Positions 46,478 through 56,912 of a stretch of DNA of 64,000 bases are shown here, one piece after another. The DNA is from Candidatus Poseidoniales archaeon. Its GTDB lineage: Archaea > Thermoplasmatota > Poseidoniia > Poseidoniales > Thalassarchaeaceae. The notes beneath the pieces are model-generated. The model worked only from the letters and a program-made list of their open reading frames with translations, did no database searches and had not been told where the DNA came from. The position numbers and the translations under genes were made by a program. The stretch's first letter is position 1; each line of letters begins with the position of its first letter. Location: the NCBI GenBank assembly GCA_012964335.1, contig DTUF01000047.1, positions 13,817-77,816 on the forward strand, in the 5' to 3' direction.

Positions 46478-47467
46478 TTAAAAGATTTCAGGATTGATAA
46501 TCGATTTTGGTTTCTTCCCATCAAAGAAATCATTGAGTAACGCGGCCATCTCTTCACCAATTCTTGTTTGAGCCTCAATGGTGGCTGCCCCAATATGCGG
46601 GGTACCATGGAAATTCCTATGGTGAATGATGGGGTTGTCTAAAGTAGGTTCTTTCTCAAACACATCAAGTGCTGCCGATGCGATAATGCCTGATTCTAAT
46701 GCCTTCAACAAAGCCACTTCATCTACGATGCCACCACGGGCGCAATTTACAATATGATTGCCACAAGGTACTCCATCAATTCCTATTCCTGGCATCATTT
46801 CCAACCTTTTAGCATTGACTAAATGATGTGTTTCTTCAGTGAGGTTGCAGTGAATAGAGATGTGAGTGCACAATCGAAAAACCTCATCAATTTCATCGTG
46901 CAATTGACAATGTTGGTCTGCCGCTACTTCAGCAGGTAGGTATGGGTCATAGGTGTGGAGTGTCATCCCTAAGGCCCGGGCTGCTTGGCCCACGCCTTGT
47001 GCAATTCTACCAAAACCGATCAAACCCAATCTTTTACCAGATAATTCAGTTCCTCTGAGTTGCTTTTTGGCCCATTCACCAGCCCTGAGTGTTCGGTCTC
47101 CTGTGGTGATATGTCTAGCACACGCCAACAGATGACCAATTGTCAACTCAACAACTGCATGAGTTGAAGCGCCCGGTGTATTGCAAACCGCTATTCTACT
47201 ACTGGTTGAAGCAGGAAGGTCAATATTATCAATTCCCACACCTGCTCTGCCTATAAGTTTCAGTTGGCCATTTCTGCCACTGGAATTATGTATGACTTCC
47301 CCTGTCATTTTCGTCGCACTTCGAATTACTACTGCATCAAAGGTTGACAAAGCACCGGCTGCTAATTCTTCTGCAGAATAGTGTTGCAACACAACTTCGT
47401 GCCCCATTTCTTCGAGATACTTTACGGCAATTTCATCCATCCCATCTGTTACAGCAATTCTCCCCAT
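46478..47467 (-). CDS. D-isomer-specific 2-hydroxyacid dehydrogenase (3-phosphoglycerate dehydrogenase-like, short form)
   Basis: 'GKRLGLIGFGRIAQGVG' NAD fold, 'NCARGGIVDE', 'GTPHIGAAT'. Confidence 0.75.
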   Translation of the reverse strand: MGRIAVTDGMDEIAVKYLEEMGHEVVLQHYSAEELAAGALSTFDAVVIRSATKMTGEVIHNSSGRNGQLKLIGRAGVGIDNIDLPASTSSRIAVCNTPGASTHAVVELTIGHLLACARHITTGDRTLRAGEWAKKQLRGTELSGKRLGLIGFGRIAQGVGQAARALGMTLHTYDPYLPAEVAADQHCQLHDEIDEVFRLCTHISIHCNLTEETHHLVNAKRLEMMPGIGIDGVPCGNHIVNCARGGIVDEVALLKALESGIIASAALDVFEKEPTLDNPIIHHRNFHGTPHIGAATIEAQTRIGEEMAALLNDFFDGKKPKSIINPEIF

Positions 47468-47577
47468 GGTTAGTGGGGGATACTCGGAATGAAATCAAGA
47501 TTGCTAAAGAACTGTTAAAGTAATGAAAGCAAGATTTGATATTGGGGGTCCTTCGATTCGTAGTTTAGGGATGAACT

Positions 47578-48177
47578 ATGGCCTTTGAATTACCGGACCT
47601 CGGATATGATTATGACTCACTAGAACCACACTTAGATGCGCTAACTATGGAGATACACCACAGCAAACATCACAATGCTTACACAAATAACCTAAATGCT
47701 GCTATTGCTGGTACTGAAATGGAAGGGAAGTCCATTGAAGACTTATTGGCAAACCACACAGATAGTCCTGCGGTTAGAAACAATGGGGGTGGGTTTTGGA
47801 ATCATGCCCTATTTTGGAATCTAATGTCACCAAATGGTGGTGGGGAACCAACAGGTGCTATTGCAGATGCAATCAACTCAGCCTTCGGTTCCTTTGAACA
47901 AATGAAGGCAGAATTCAGCAATGCAGCAGTAACTCGTTTCGGCAGTGGTTGGGCGTGGTTATCAGTTTCTGCTGATGGAACTTTAGTAATCACATCTACA
48001 CCTAATCAGGACAATCCTTTGATGGATGGTAGCGGGTCACCAGTTCTAGCTGTTGACGTTTGGGAACATGCATATTACAAGAAATTCGGACCTGCGCGTG
48101 CTGATTATCTCTCAGCATGGTGGAATGTTGTAAATTGGGATACCGTCAATGAATTATACCAATCTGCTCAACAATAA
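47578..48177 (+). CDS. sod: Fe/Mn superoxide dismutase
   Basis: '[33 protein letters not shown]', 'FWNHALFW', 'GSGWAWL', '[10 protein letters not shown]'. Confidence 0.9.
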   Translation: MAFELPDLGYDYDSLEPHLDALTMEIHHSKHHNAYTNNLNAAIAGTEMEGKSIEDLLANHTDSPAVRNNGGGFWNHALFWNLMSPNGGGEPTGAIADAINSAFGSFEQMKAEFSNAAVTRFGSGWAWLSVSADGTLVITSTPNQDNPLMDGSGSPVLAVDVWEHAYYKKFGPARADYLSAWWNVVNWDTVNELYQSAQQ

Positions 48178-48273
48178 TTGGTCAATTCGGAAAAGTATAG
48201 TACCCTAAAAATGGGTTGGTTTTCCCATCTATTGACCGACCGCTTCATGAAGTGATACAATGGGCCCCACTTT

Positions 48274-49497
48274 GTGAATTGGTCTGCGGATGACCCGAGC
48301 ACCCTTGCAGTAGTCGTAATTCTACTAGTTTCACCTATCCTCTTAGTTGTCCCCACACAGAGATTATGGAAAAAACGCGTATTAAAATCAGATAAACACA
48401 AGAAATACAGAAAAATCGTAAATGGGATTCTGACTCACGGCTATCCATTGCAAATTTTCCGAGCATCTTTAGATAAGACCGCCCGTAGTTTTCAATTAGA
48501 TGATAAGGAACAGGGATTGGTGGAAAGTGATATTCTATATCCACTTAACACAATGCATTTTCTTATTTTACCATCAATGATTTTATGGCCTTTGTTATCA
48601 ATTTTCGCAGTTTTCTTGATATTGCCTCTTATCCCTCTACTTCGTTTAACTGAATGGATTATGATAGACAAAGGATTACTTGCTTGGATTGTAAAGGTGA
48701 TTAAAAATTATACCAACTGGCAATTAATTGGAGTTCCTAAATTATCTAGAGATGCTCGCAAAGGTGATGTTTGGATACAGGCTTTACATCGTATGCCAAC
48801 AACAGTATTCCTAGGTTTATTTGCATATTTGGTGGTACACTATCTCTCACTACCAGATATTTTTGCTTTGGGGCTAGCAGGAATTATCTATTTGTTATTA
48901 GCTTCACTCGCTATTATTACATCAGTTGCTATTGACGGAGAGTTGGCATTTGCTGATAATGCACAGAGAAGAATAATGCCACTCGAAGCAATTCTACAGG
49001 ATTTGTTAACACCAATAGTTGGACTGGGTCTTCTTGTATTAATTGTCAGGCAAGTTTTCTTTACTATCACTTACCCGGGTGTAGGTTTACATGATCCTAT
49101 TATTTTCGCCATCTCAATAATGGTTGTTCTTTACACTGCAACAATAGTTGGTGCATTGATTGAATGGGCGGCAGGGAGACGTGGGAAGATTATTCGTAAT
49201 TCTTTCCATAAACGTTTGATTGATGATGAGAATCCTGAACTTTACTCTTTCACAAGGAATAAAGATGGTAGTCTGAATCTTCGTAAGATATGCATGCTTG
49301 AGGAATTCTTCGTAAATGGTCATCGTTTCCCCGAGCAGTCTCTAGAGGCATCAATTAGATTTGAAGATTTGATGGCACTGCCGTCTCTTGTTGAGGAAGG
49401 TGTCATAACTTTACCACCTAAAAAACCAGAAAGGAAGCCTGAGAAAATTGAGGTTAGTGAAGAATTACCTAATGAAGAAACCACTGAAGAAGAGTGA
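48274..49497 (+). CDS. Hypothetical polytopic membrane protein with an acidic/basic C-terminal tail
   Basis: ORF with at least 6 hydrophobic helices. GTG start, uncertain. No family recognised. Confidence 0.45.
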   Translation: MNWSADDPSTLAVVVILLVSPILLVVPTQRLWKKRVLKSDKHKKYRKIVNGILTHGYPLQIFRASLDKTARSFQLDDKEQGLVESDILYPLNTMHFLILPSMILWPLLSIFAVFLILPLIPLLRLTEWIMIDKGLLAWIVKVIKNYTNWQLIGVPKLSRDARKGDVWIQALHRMPTTVFLGLFAYLVVHYLSLPDIFALGLAGIIYLLLASLAIITSVAIDGELAFADNAQRRIMPLEAILQDLLTPIVGLGLLVLIVRQVFFTITYPGVGLHDPIIFAISIMVVLYTATIVGALIEWAAGRRGKIIRNSFHKRLIDDENPELYSFTRNKDGSLNLRKICMLEEFFVNGHRFPEQSLEASIRFEDLMALPSLVEEGVITLPPKKPERKPEKIEVSEELPNEETTEEE

Positions 49498-49509
49498 TTT
49501 CTTTGAATA

Positions 49510-49902
49510 TCAGCCAAAACTACTGCCACAACTACATTCCTTTGCGGCATTTGGATTCTCAATCTTGAATCCACCGCCCATCAAAGAATCTTGGAAATCA
49601 ATTACAATACCAGCAAGTAAACTGCTATCAAAATCTGAAATCGCAATTGGAATCCCACTTATATCGTCAAATTGATGGCCCACTGGTTCAGGTTTATCAC
49701 CAATCTGCATATCATATAGATATCCCGAACATCCACCTCGATGGACTGCAAGTGTGAGCACAACCTCTCCAGGTTCAGTGTTGAATATCTCGCGCAATTT
49801 GTTTACCGCAATATCGGTTAATATTACTTCAATAGGGACGATTTCATACTCTTCTGTAGCGCTTATATCAGAAAGGACCCCACCATCTACCGGACAATCC
49901 AT
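49510..49902 (-). CDS. Fe-S cluster insertion/assembly protein (IscA/HesB/ErpA family)
   Basis: 'HRGGCSGYLYDM', 'IDFQDSLMGGGFKIENPNAKECSCGSSFG' (canonical C...NPNA..CxCG.SF). Confidence 0.8.
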   Translation of the reverse strand: MDCPVDGGVLSDISATEEYEIVPIEVILTDIAVNKLREIFNTEPGEVVLTLAVHRGGCSGYLYDMQIGDKPEPVGHQFDDISGIPIAISDFDSSLLAGIVIDFQDSLMGGGFKIENPNAAKECSCGSSFG

Positions 49903-49932
49903 ATTACTTCCTACCGCTGATGGTTGATTAAT

Positions 49933-51309
49933 TCATGTATTCAATTGGTCAAAAATAATGTCAATGTGACAGTGTTTGTCATCTTCATCGGTACATTGTC
50001 TTTCCACTGCCGCTGCCTTGACACCGAATTTAGTCTCAACAATACCTTCAAGGATTCCCTCATCTAAATGGCAGAAAGGTCCACCGAATTGGGGTGCATT
50101 TCCACAAGAACCAGCATCATGGATTCTAATTGATTGTGGTGGAATACCTATTATTTCCATTTCACCCATACCCATATCTGACCATTCTTTACGGAGATGT
50201 TCCCAGAACTCTTGGTCGGTTTGAGTCGAATCTTCTGTACTGGTAACTATTTCTTCACCGATTCTACGGCCAACAATTCGCATCAATTCTGAAACATCAA
50301 TGCCAAGTAATTCTAATTCTGGTAAATTTGGTTGTGAGGTGAGGAATTTATCACCTTGACGAAGTACCGCATTTGTCCAATTTTCATTATCCGGGTGTTG
50401 ATCCTCAATGTCGCGGGCAACGATTTCTTTGAACCTTCTATAGAAAGAACCTGCTCCAAGATTTATTTGTAAAGGCTCAGTATTTTCACCCAGTTCTACA
50501 AAAGTTCTAGCAGTTGACAAAGGGGTTGCGTTTTTCCAAGTAGCATTGATCAAATCAGTTTGTGCAGTTAGGAATTCAGGTGCTTCTATGACGAGGGCAG
50601 CGTCTTCTTTCCCGCGACCAACTGGGTTCGATTCCATTGATACATTTTGAACGGCAACATCACCGTCAACAATACATCCGTGCATTGAGACCGATTCACT
50701 ATGTCTGATTTCAACCGCTGAATCTAACTGTTCATAGAATTTCAGAGTAGTTTTATCAAGACAGGCTAGCACTTTCACACTAACTCCTCTATTAGCTGCT
50801 TCGTTTGCAGCCTTCAGAGCACCTGTTTTAACAAGGTGTAGAATTCCGTATTTACCTAGAATTAGAAAAACGGTTGTCTCTGCATCATCAATAATCCGCT
50901 CCATTGCTGCTTGAATGTAACTGCGTTCTTTTACTACTGAAAAACTTGGTTCTTTCAAAGATGAAACATAGCCCATTGAAATAGCACTGTTTCCTTCGTT
51001 AAATTCATCATAATGGGCTTTAATACGCCTCAACTCCTGTTCTTCATGATTGATTAATTGTTGGAAAACTTCTGTAATCGTTAAACCAGTAAAGCGCATT
51101 GGTTTGTCCAATGTAGCCATAACTAGACCTCGTTCTTGTAATCGTTTTAGAGTATTATAGGAATCCATTCTACTGATTCCTATTTGCCTACCAACTTCAC
51201 TCGCCTTAAGAGGTGTAGATGTCGATAATAATATTACGACATCCGCCTCTTTCTCTTCTAAACCAACATCAGTCAGCCGAGCGTGAAGGGGGGTGGCCAC
51301 CTCTTCCAT
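49933..51309 (-). CDS. TrmB-family transcriptional regulator with a C-terminal V4R-like domain
   Basis: N-terminal wHTH 'GLEEKEADVVILLSTSTPLKASEVGRQIGISRMDSYNTLKRLQERGLV'. The C-terminal 'GPFCHLDEGILEGIVETKFG...ERQCTDEDDKHCHIDIIF' resembles V4R (4-vinyl reductase) small-molecule-binding domains. Confidence 0.7.
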   Translation of the reverse strand: MEEVATPLHARLTDVGLEEKEADVVILLSTSTPLKASEVGRQIGISRMDSYNTLKRLQERGLVMATLDKPMRFTGLTITEVFQQLINHEEQELRRIKAHYDEFNEGNSAISMGYVSSLKEPSFSVVKERSYIQAAMERIIDDAETTVFLILGKYGILHLVKTGALKAANEAANRGVSVKVLACLDKTTLKFYEQLDSAVEIRHSESVSMHGCIVDGDVAVQNVSMESNPVGRGKEDAALVIEAPEFLTAQTDLINATWKNATPLSTARTFVELGENTEPLQINLGAGSFYRRFKEIVARDIEDQHPDNENWTNAVLRQGDKFLTSQPNLPELELLGIDVSELMRIVGRRIGEEIVTSTEDSTQTDQEFWEHLRKEWSDMGMGEMEIIGIPPQSIRIHDAGSCGNAPQFGGPFCHLDEGILEGIVETKFGVKAAAVERQCTDEDDKHCHIDIIFDQLNT

Positions 51310-51351
51310 GATATTTGGCTGACATCCAACCGTTTTGAACCAATTGATGTA

Positions 51352-51365
51352 TTAAGAATTCTTAA
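51352..51365. promoter_or_regulatory. Perfect 14-bp palindrome TTAAGAATTCTTAA in the trmB-like/fdhD divergent promoter (candidate operator)
   Basis: The sequence equals its own reverse complement. It lies in the 91-bp gap between the divergent starts at 51309 (minus) and 51401 (plus). A partial repeat 'cattaag' follows at 51371-51377. The operator function is inferred. Confidence 0.35.
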
Positions 51366-51400
51366 CGAAGCATTAAGTTGTAGTGTAGATACAGCATATT

Positions 51401-52204
51401 GTGTCACAAGAGGCGACCAAGACAACCCCTGTCCAAGTTTGGTCAGAGGGTAAATTAAATACAAGTAAGGATTCTCTTGTTAGTGAGGCTGCTATTGAAA
51501 TCGTCATTGAAATCAACGATATCCAGAAGAAACTAGGAATTTTATTACGAACCCCAGGAGATGATGCAGAATTAGTGACGGGATGGCTTTTAGGTGAGGC
51601 TATAATTCAATCTAATGCATCAATTCTAGAAATTGAATCATCACCTGAACGTATTGTAGTCACTATGGATTCTGACAACTTTAGTTTAAGTGATTTTCAA
51701 GAGCGTGAATTTCCAATAACATCTAGTTGTGGATTATGCGGCAGAGAAACACTTGATGGGTTAATTATTCCTAGCCGTTTAACCATCTCAGATGAACGTT
51801 GGGTTTCACCTACAGTCCTCGTTGAATTACCTTCGTTACTTACTGATTCTCAGGACCATTTCAAGACCACCGGTGGACTACATGCTTGTGCCCTTTTTGA
51901 CTACTCTGGTAATCTGATATCTGTTAGGGAAGATGTGGGACGGCACAACGCTTTGGACAAATTAATAGGATCTAGATTGATGGCTGATAGCTTACCTGCT
52001 GAAAAGCAAATTCTTATGTTGTCAGGCAGAATTGGTTATGAGTTGATTCAGAAGGCAGCATTAGCTGGAATTCCAGTCATCGCCGGCCTTGGGGCACCTT
52101 CATCGATGGCCGTTGATGCGGCAAGGTCTGCAGGGCTTACATTAATTGGTTTTTTAAAATCCACCCGATTCAATGTATATACTGGCGGTTGGCGGGTTCT
52201 GTGA
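51401..52204 (+). CDS. fdhD: Formate dehydrogenase accessory sulfurtransferase FdhD
   Basis: 'SSCGLCGRETLD', 'GGLHACALF', 'REDVGRHNALDKLIG', 'LMLSGRIGYELIQKAALAGIPVI'. Confidence 0.85.
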   Translation: MSQEATKTTPVQVWSEGKLNTSKDSLVSEAAIEIVIEINDIQKKLGILLRTPGDDAELVTGWLLGEAIIQSNASILEIESSPERIVVTMDSDNFSLSDFQEREFPITSSCGLCGRETLDGLIIPSRLTISDERWVSPTVLVELPSLLTDSQDHFKTTGGLHACALFDYSGNLISVREDVGRHNALDKLIGSRLMADSLPAEKQILMLSGRIGYELIQKAALAGIPVIAGLGAPSSMAVDAARSAGLTLIGFLKSTRFNVYTGGWRVL

Positions 52205-52325
52205 ACGGAATTGTTAGTTTTGGCTAAAAGCATCAATTTGATTGAACTCTCTCCACGAACATTGACAAAGCCGAAGGCTTTAGGCGTGCTAACGCAAAGT
52301 ACAATATTCCATATGAGGTGAATTA

Positions 52326-54203
52326 ATGACTCCTGAAAAGAATGGTTGGAACCCTCAGCAACCAGGGCACATATTGCTTCATCAATTACGTTCTGAAATA
52401 CAAGAAAAGGGTACATTATCAACGGACAGAATTGGTGAAATCGCCCTTCAATTTAGCACAACACCAGCCAAGGTTAAGGGTGCCATTGGTTACTACAGTG
52501 AGTTGACCCAAGAGAACCACACTGTGAGAGTTTGTATAGGCGAGTCATGTCGTTCAAGAGGGTCTCTAAACACCATTTCTATGCTTGAAAGTGAAGGTGA
52601 GGTAGTAGGGAAACTCCACTGTGCTGGCTTATGCCCTACTGGGGTTGCTGTGCTTTATGATGATGAAGCAAATAACTGTAAATCGCAAAGCGGAGACGGC
52701 TTGAATTTGTTCCTTAGTTGCGATAGTGCTTCTGTAGCACTTGGCTCAGAAGATATTGCTGAAGAAATTATTAAAAACAAATTTGACAATGTATCTTTGA
52801 CTAGAACTGGAAGTAGGGGTTTGTATCACCTCGAACCAATGTTAGAAGTTGATATTGATGGTTTGAGGCATGCATTTGGCCCAATTGCTGCAAGTGATGT
52901 AACTAATGTTATGAGCGCTATTACTGATGGGAATCTACAATCCCACCCGCTTCATCTTGGTGAGATTGACAAGCATCCAGAAATGCTTAGCCAACAAAGA
53001 TTCGCTATGGCTAGATTGGGCCTTTGTGAACCTAATGATTTACGATCTCAGCAGGAATTAGGTGCATATTTGGGATTAGGTAAAGCAGAATCAGCTGGCC
53101 CTGAATCAGTACTCGCTGCTTTGGAGTCTGCCGGGCTTCGTGGCCGAGGGGGTGCAGGATTCCCAACACATTTCAAGTGGGCCGCAGCAGCTCGTGAAAG
53201 TGACCCAACCAAACATGTTGTGGCAAATGCTGACGAAGGAGATGCAGGTACTTTCATTGATAGGATGATTATGGAAGGTGACCCCCACGCGCTGATTGAA
53301 GGCATGGTGATATGCGCACTTACAATTGGCGCCACCGATGGCTGGGTATACTTGCGAAGTGAATACCCTGATTCAAAGAAAACGCTGCAAGCCGCTATTG
53401 ATTCGGCCAGAGAAGTTGGTATACTCGGTCCGAATTTTGATATCACTATCGCAGTTGGTGCAGGATCTTACGTCTGTGGCGAAGAAACAGCACTGCTTGA
53501 AAGTCTAGAAGGAAAGCGTGGTGAAGTGAGAGCACGCCCACCATATCCAGCCCAAGAAGGATTGTATGGGCATCCAACTATCGTCAATAATGTTCTAACT
53601 TTTTCACTTGTAGCCGCAATAATGAGGGAGGGTGCAGAAACTTACGGCGCCATTGGCACAGAGAAAAGTAAGGGCACTGTAGTTGCACAATTGGTAGGCA
53701 ATACCCAGAAACCTACCTGCGTAGAGGTTCCTTTCGGTGGCACGGTCAAAGAGTTGTTTGACAATCATTCCTCACTTGAAGGTGTTACCGCAATTCAGGT
53801 CGGTGGACCCCTTGGTTCGGTTTTCAAAACTGAGGCATTAGCAAATATTGAACTTTCATTTGAAGGTTTAACCGACGCAGATGGAATATTAGGCCACGGT
53901 GGTTTTGTTTGTTATGGCTCTGATTTCGACCCACGCTCAGAAGTTATTGAATGGATGACATTTTTCCGCGACGAGAGTTGCGGAAAATGCACACCCTGTC
54001 GTATTGGCACCCAGAGGGCGCTAGAATTGTTGATAAGAATTGGTACAGATGATGAAAAACCAGGTGATAGGGAATTGCTAGATGACCTAGATGACGTGAT
54101 GACTTCCACTTCTTTGTGTGCTTTGGGGGGTTTGGCGATGAACCCAGTACGTTCTTCAATGACCCTCTGGCCAGATGCTTTTGGAGGTGTGGGGGATGAA
54201 TGA
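52326..54203 (+). CDS. NAD-dependent formate dehydrogenase beta subunit (fused NuoE-like 2Fe-2S + NuoF-like FMN/NAD/4Fe-4S)
   Basis: NuoE-like 'VRVCIGESCRSRGS...CAGLCPTG'. NuoF-like 'GLRGRGGAGFPTHFKW', 'VANADEGDAGTF', 'ESCGKCTPCRIG'. SD-like 'gaggtga' upstream of the ATG. Confidence 0.8.
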   Translation: MTPEKNGWNPQQPGHILLHQLRSEIQEKGTLSTDRIGEIALQFSTTPAKVKGAIGYYSELTQENHTVRVCIGESCRSRGSLNTISMLESEGEVVGKLHCAGLCPTGVAVLYDDEANNCKSQSGDGLNLFLSCDSASVALGSEDIAEEIIKNKFDNVSLTRTGSRGLYHLEPMLEVDIDGLRHAFGPIAASDVTNVMSAITDGNLQSHPLHLGEIDKHPEMLSQQRFAMARLGLCEPNDLRSQQELGAYLGLGKAESAGPESVLAALESAGLRGRGGAGFPTHFKWAAAARESDPTKHVVANADEGDAGTFIDRMIMEGDPHALIEGMVICALTIGATDGWVYLRSEYPDSKKTLQAAIDSAREVGILGPNFDITIAVGAGSYVCGEETALLESLEGKRGEVRARPPYPAQEGLYGHPTIVNNVLTFSLVAAIMREGAETYGAIGTEKSKGTVVAQLVGNTQKPTCVEVPFGGTVKELFDNHSSLEGVTAIQVGGPLGSVFKTEALANIELSFEGLTDADGILGHGGFVCYGSDFDPRSEVIEWMTFFRDESCGKCTPCRIGTQRALELLIRIGTDDEKPGDRELLDDLDDVMTSTSLCALGGLAMNPVRSSMTLWPDAFGGVGDE

Positions 54204-56895
54204 TACCTTTTCTCTGTCAATAGACGGTCAAGATATGCAAGGCCACCAAGGTCAAACAGTAATGGAGGTTGCTAGGGAAAATGGCATTAGTATTCCTAGT
54301 CTGTGCGACTCTCCTCACTTGAAATCATTTGGCTCTTGCAGATTATGTATAATTGAAATTGATGGTCAAGCAGGAACTCCATCATCGTGTACAACACCTG
54401 CTCTAGAAGGGATGGATGTTCACACAACTTCAGAGAGGTTGTGGGATTTAAGGCGTGGGATTACTGAACTGTATGTAAGTGAACACCCACTTGACTGTTT
54501 AACATGCACAGCAAATGGTGATTGTGAGTTACAAGATATTGCTGGAGAAGTTGGTCTAAGAGACATTAGATTTGACAATACCCCTGATTGTGAGGATGTG
54601 CCTATTGACAGGTCAAATCCGTTCTTTTCATTTGATGCTAGCAAGTGTATTGTTTGTTCAAGATGTGTTCGTGCTTGCGACGATATACAGACCACCCATG
54701 CCTTGTCTATAGATGGCAGGGGTTTCTTCAGCAGAATTATTGCTGGAGCAGATGTTCCATTTATGGCATCGGATTGTGTATCATGTGGGGCTTGTGTCGA
54801 TGAGTGCCCTGTAGGTGCTCTTGAAGATACAGTCGAGCGCTCTTTTGGCGTGCCTGATAAGTGGGTTCGTACAACTTGTGCGTTTTGTGGCGTAGGGTGT
54901 CAATTTGATGCTGGAACCAAAGGAGGTAAATTAGTCACTATGAAACCTGCAGCTGATTCTCCTGTTAATCAGGGACATTCTTGTGTTAAGGGGAGATTTG
55001 CATCTGCTTATGTCCACCATTCAGATAGACTAACAACTCCAATGCTCAGAGAATCTACAGAAGATGAATTTCGTGAAGCCAGTTGGGATGAAGCCTACTC
55101 TTTCATAGCAGAAAGATTGCAATCTACAAAGGAGCAACATGGTCCTGATTCAATTGGTATTATTACCTCTTCACGTTCAACGAATGAACTCAATTATCTA
55201 GGTTCGAAATTTATGAGAGCCGTAATAGGCACTAATAATGTAGATAATTGTGCTCGAGTTTGCCATTCTGCAACAGTAAAAGGAATGATGACAGTATTTG
55301 GAGCCGGTGCTGGAACCAATAGTCTGGCTGATATTGATGTCACAGATCTATTACTCGCATCTGGATGTAATCCAATACACGGCCATCCGGTCACAGGTTC
55401 ACGAATTGGAAGGGCCCGCAAACGAGGGATGGGATTGATTGTTGCAGACCCTAAGGATACAGAATTTGCAAAAATGGCTGATATTCACTTGCAATTAAGA
55501 CCGGGCACAAATGTCGCTTTGTTCCAAGGTATGGCACATGTAATTCTCAGAGATAAATTACAAGCAAGTGATGAATGGATGAATACTCGTACAGAAAATT
55601 TGGAACCATTCAAGGAAATGGTAAAAGTAATGACACCAAGTATTTGTGAACAGATAACCACTGTTCCTGCAGCCACAATTGAAGCAGCGGCGAGAATGTA
55701 CGCCTCTGCTGCTTCAGCAATGTCTGTGCATGGATTAGGGATGACTGAGCATAGTTATGGTTCAGAAGGTGTGATGGCTCTGTCGAGTTTAGCACTGTTA
55801 ACAGGAAATGTGGGTAAGCCGGGAACGGGAATTAATCCGCTTCGAGGACAGAATAATGTACAGGGCTCTTGCGACATGGGCGCACTTCCACATGTCTTGA
55901 CAAATTATCAATCTGTTTCTGATGACGAAGTTAGAGGATTATTCCAAGATACTTGGGGGGTTGAATTGGTTGCAGAACCCGGTTTAACATACCCTGAGAT
56001 GATAGACAATTCATTAGAAGGAAAATTCCATGCTTTGTACATGATAGGTTCTGACATTGCTCATACCGATCCAGATAACACTCGAGTTCAGGATGGGTTA
56101 TCAAAACTTGATTTGCTCATCGTTCAGGATATCTTCCATTGTGAGTCAGCAAATTTCGCCCATGTTGTACTTCCAGCAGCATCTTTCTTGGAGTCTGATG
56201 GTACATACACCAATGGAGAAAGGCGAATTCAAAGGATTAGAAAAGCCATTGAACCACCAGGTCAAGCAAAGCAAGATTGGGTAATAATTTCTGAGTTAGC
56301 AGAATACATGGGCCATCCAATAATTCCCTCAAATAATGTCTCAGATATTTGGGATGAATTAGCAAGCTTGACACCTAACTTTAGGGGGATTTCTTATGCT
56401 AGGCTAGAAAGTGCCGAAGCGATACAATGGCCTGCACCAACTGTTGACCATCCCGGTACAGATGTGATGCACAAGGAGGAGTTCTCTCGCGGATTAGGTA
56501 ATTTTTCAGCTCCTCAATTCGCAGAACCAAATGAACAAGCCTCAGATGATTATCCATTCATTTTAGTCACAGGCAGAAATCTATTCCACTACAACTCTGG
56601 AACTCAAACTAGACGGACAGGATTGAATGAATTTTACGATACTGATGTACTTGAAATGCACCCTAAAGATGCTTCAAGGCTCGGATTTTCAGACGGGGAT
56701 GAAATCATGCTCGCAAGTCCTAGAAATAAAATAAAAATGATTCTTAAATTAAGTTTAGATGTTAGAGTTGGGAACCTATTTACAACATTCCACTTCCCTG
56801 AGGTAGGGGTTAACTCAGTTCTCAGTTCTTCTGCAGATTATCTAACCAAATGTCCTGAATACAAGGTGCAAGCAGTAGCAATATTACCTGCTTAG
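54196..56895 (+). CDS. fdhA: Formate dehydrogenase alpha subunit (molybdopterin; NuoG-like N-terminus), cysteine type
   Basis: N-terminal 2Fe-2S 'CDSPHLKSFGSCRLCIIEIDG', 4Fe-4S 'CIVCSRCVRAC' and 'CVSCGACVDECP', MopB 'CAFCGVGC'. The active-site 'NCARVCHSATV' uses TGC at 55261-55263. ATG 54196 overlaps the upstream stop by 8 nt (ATGAATGA). Confidence 0.85.
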   Translation: MNDTFSLSIDGQDMQGHQGQTVMEVARENGISIPSLCDSPHLKSFGSCRLCIIEIDGQAGTPSSCTTPALEGMDVHTTSERLWDLRRGITELYVSEHPLDCLTCTANGDCELQDIAGEVGLRDIRFDNTPDCEDVPIDRSNPFFSFDASKCIVCSRCVRACDDIQTTHALSIDGRGFFSRIIAGADVPFMASDCVSCGACVDECPVGALEDTVERSFGVPDKWVRTTCAFCGVGCQFDAGTKGGKLVTMKPAADSPVNQGHSCVKGRFASAYVHHSDRLTTPMLRESTEDEFREASWDEAYSFIAERLQSTKEQHGPDSIGIITSSRSTNELNYLGSKFMRAVIGTNNVDNCARVCHSATVKGMMTVFGAGAGTNSLADIDVTDLLLASGCNPIHGHPVTGSRIGRARKRGMGLIVADPKDTEFAKMADIHLQLRPGTNVALFQGMAHVILRDKLQASDEWMNTRTENLEPFKEMVKVMTPSICEQITTVPAATIEAAARMYASAASAMSVHGLGMTEHSYGSEGVMALSSLALLTGNVGKPGTGINPLRGQNNVQGSCDMGALPHVLTNYQSVSDDEVRGLFQDTWGVELVAEPGLTYPEMIDNSLEGKFHALYMIGSDIAHTDPDNTRVQDGLSKLDLLIVQDIFHCESANFAHVVLPAASFLESDGTYTNGERRIQRIRKAIEPPGQAKQDWVIISELAEYMGHPIIPSNNVSDIWDELASLTPNFRGISYARLESAEAIQWPAPTVDHPGTDVMHKEEFSRGLGNFSAPQFAEPNEQASDDYPFILVTGRNLFHYNSGTQTRRTGLNEFYDTDVLEMHPKDASRLGFSDGDEIMLASPRNKIKMILKLSLDVRVGNLFTTFHFPEVGVNSVLSSSADYLTKCPEYKVQAVAILPA

Positions 56896-56912
56896 ATTAA
56901 CGATTCAATTAG

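Noticed and set aside
55261-55263. Possible selenocysteine (TGA) at the formate dehydrogenase active site
   Set aside because: The codon is TGC (Cys) in 'ARVCHSATV'. The reading frame is uninterrupted and no SECIS-like requirement arises.
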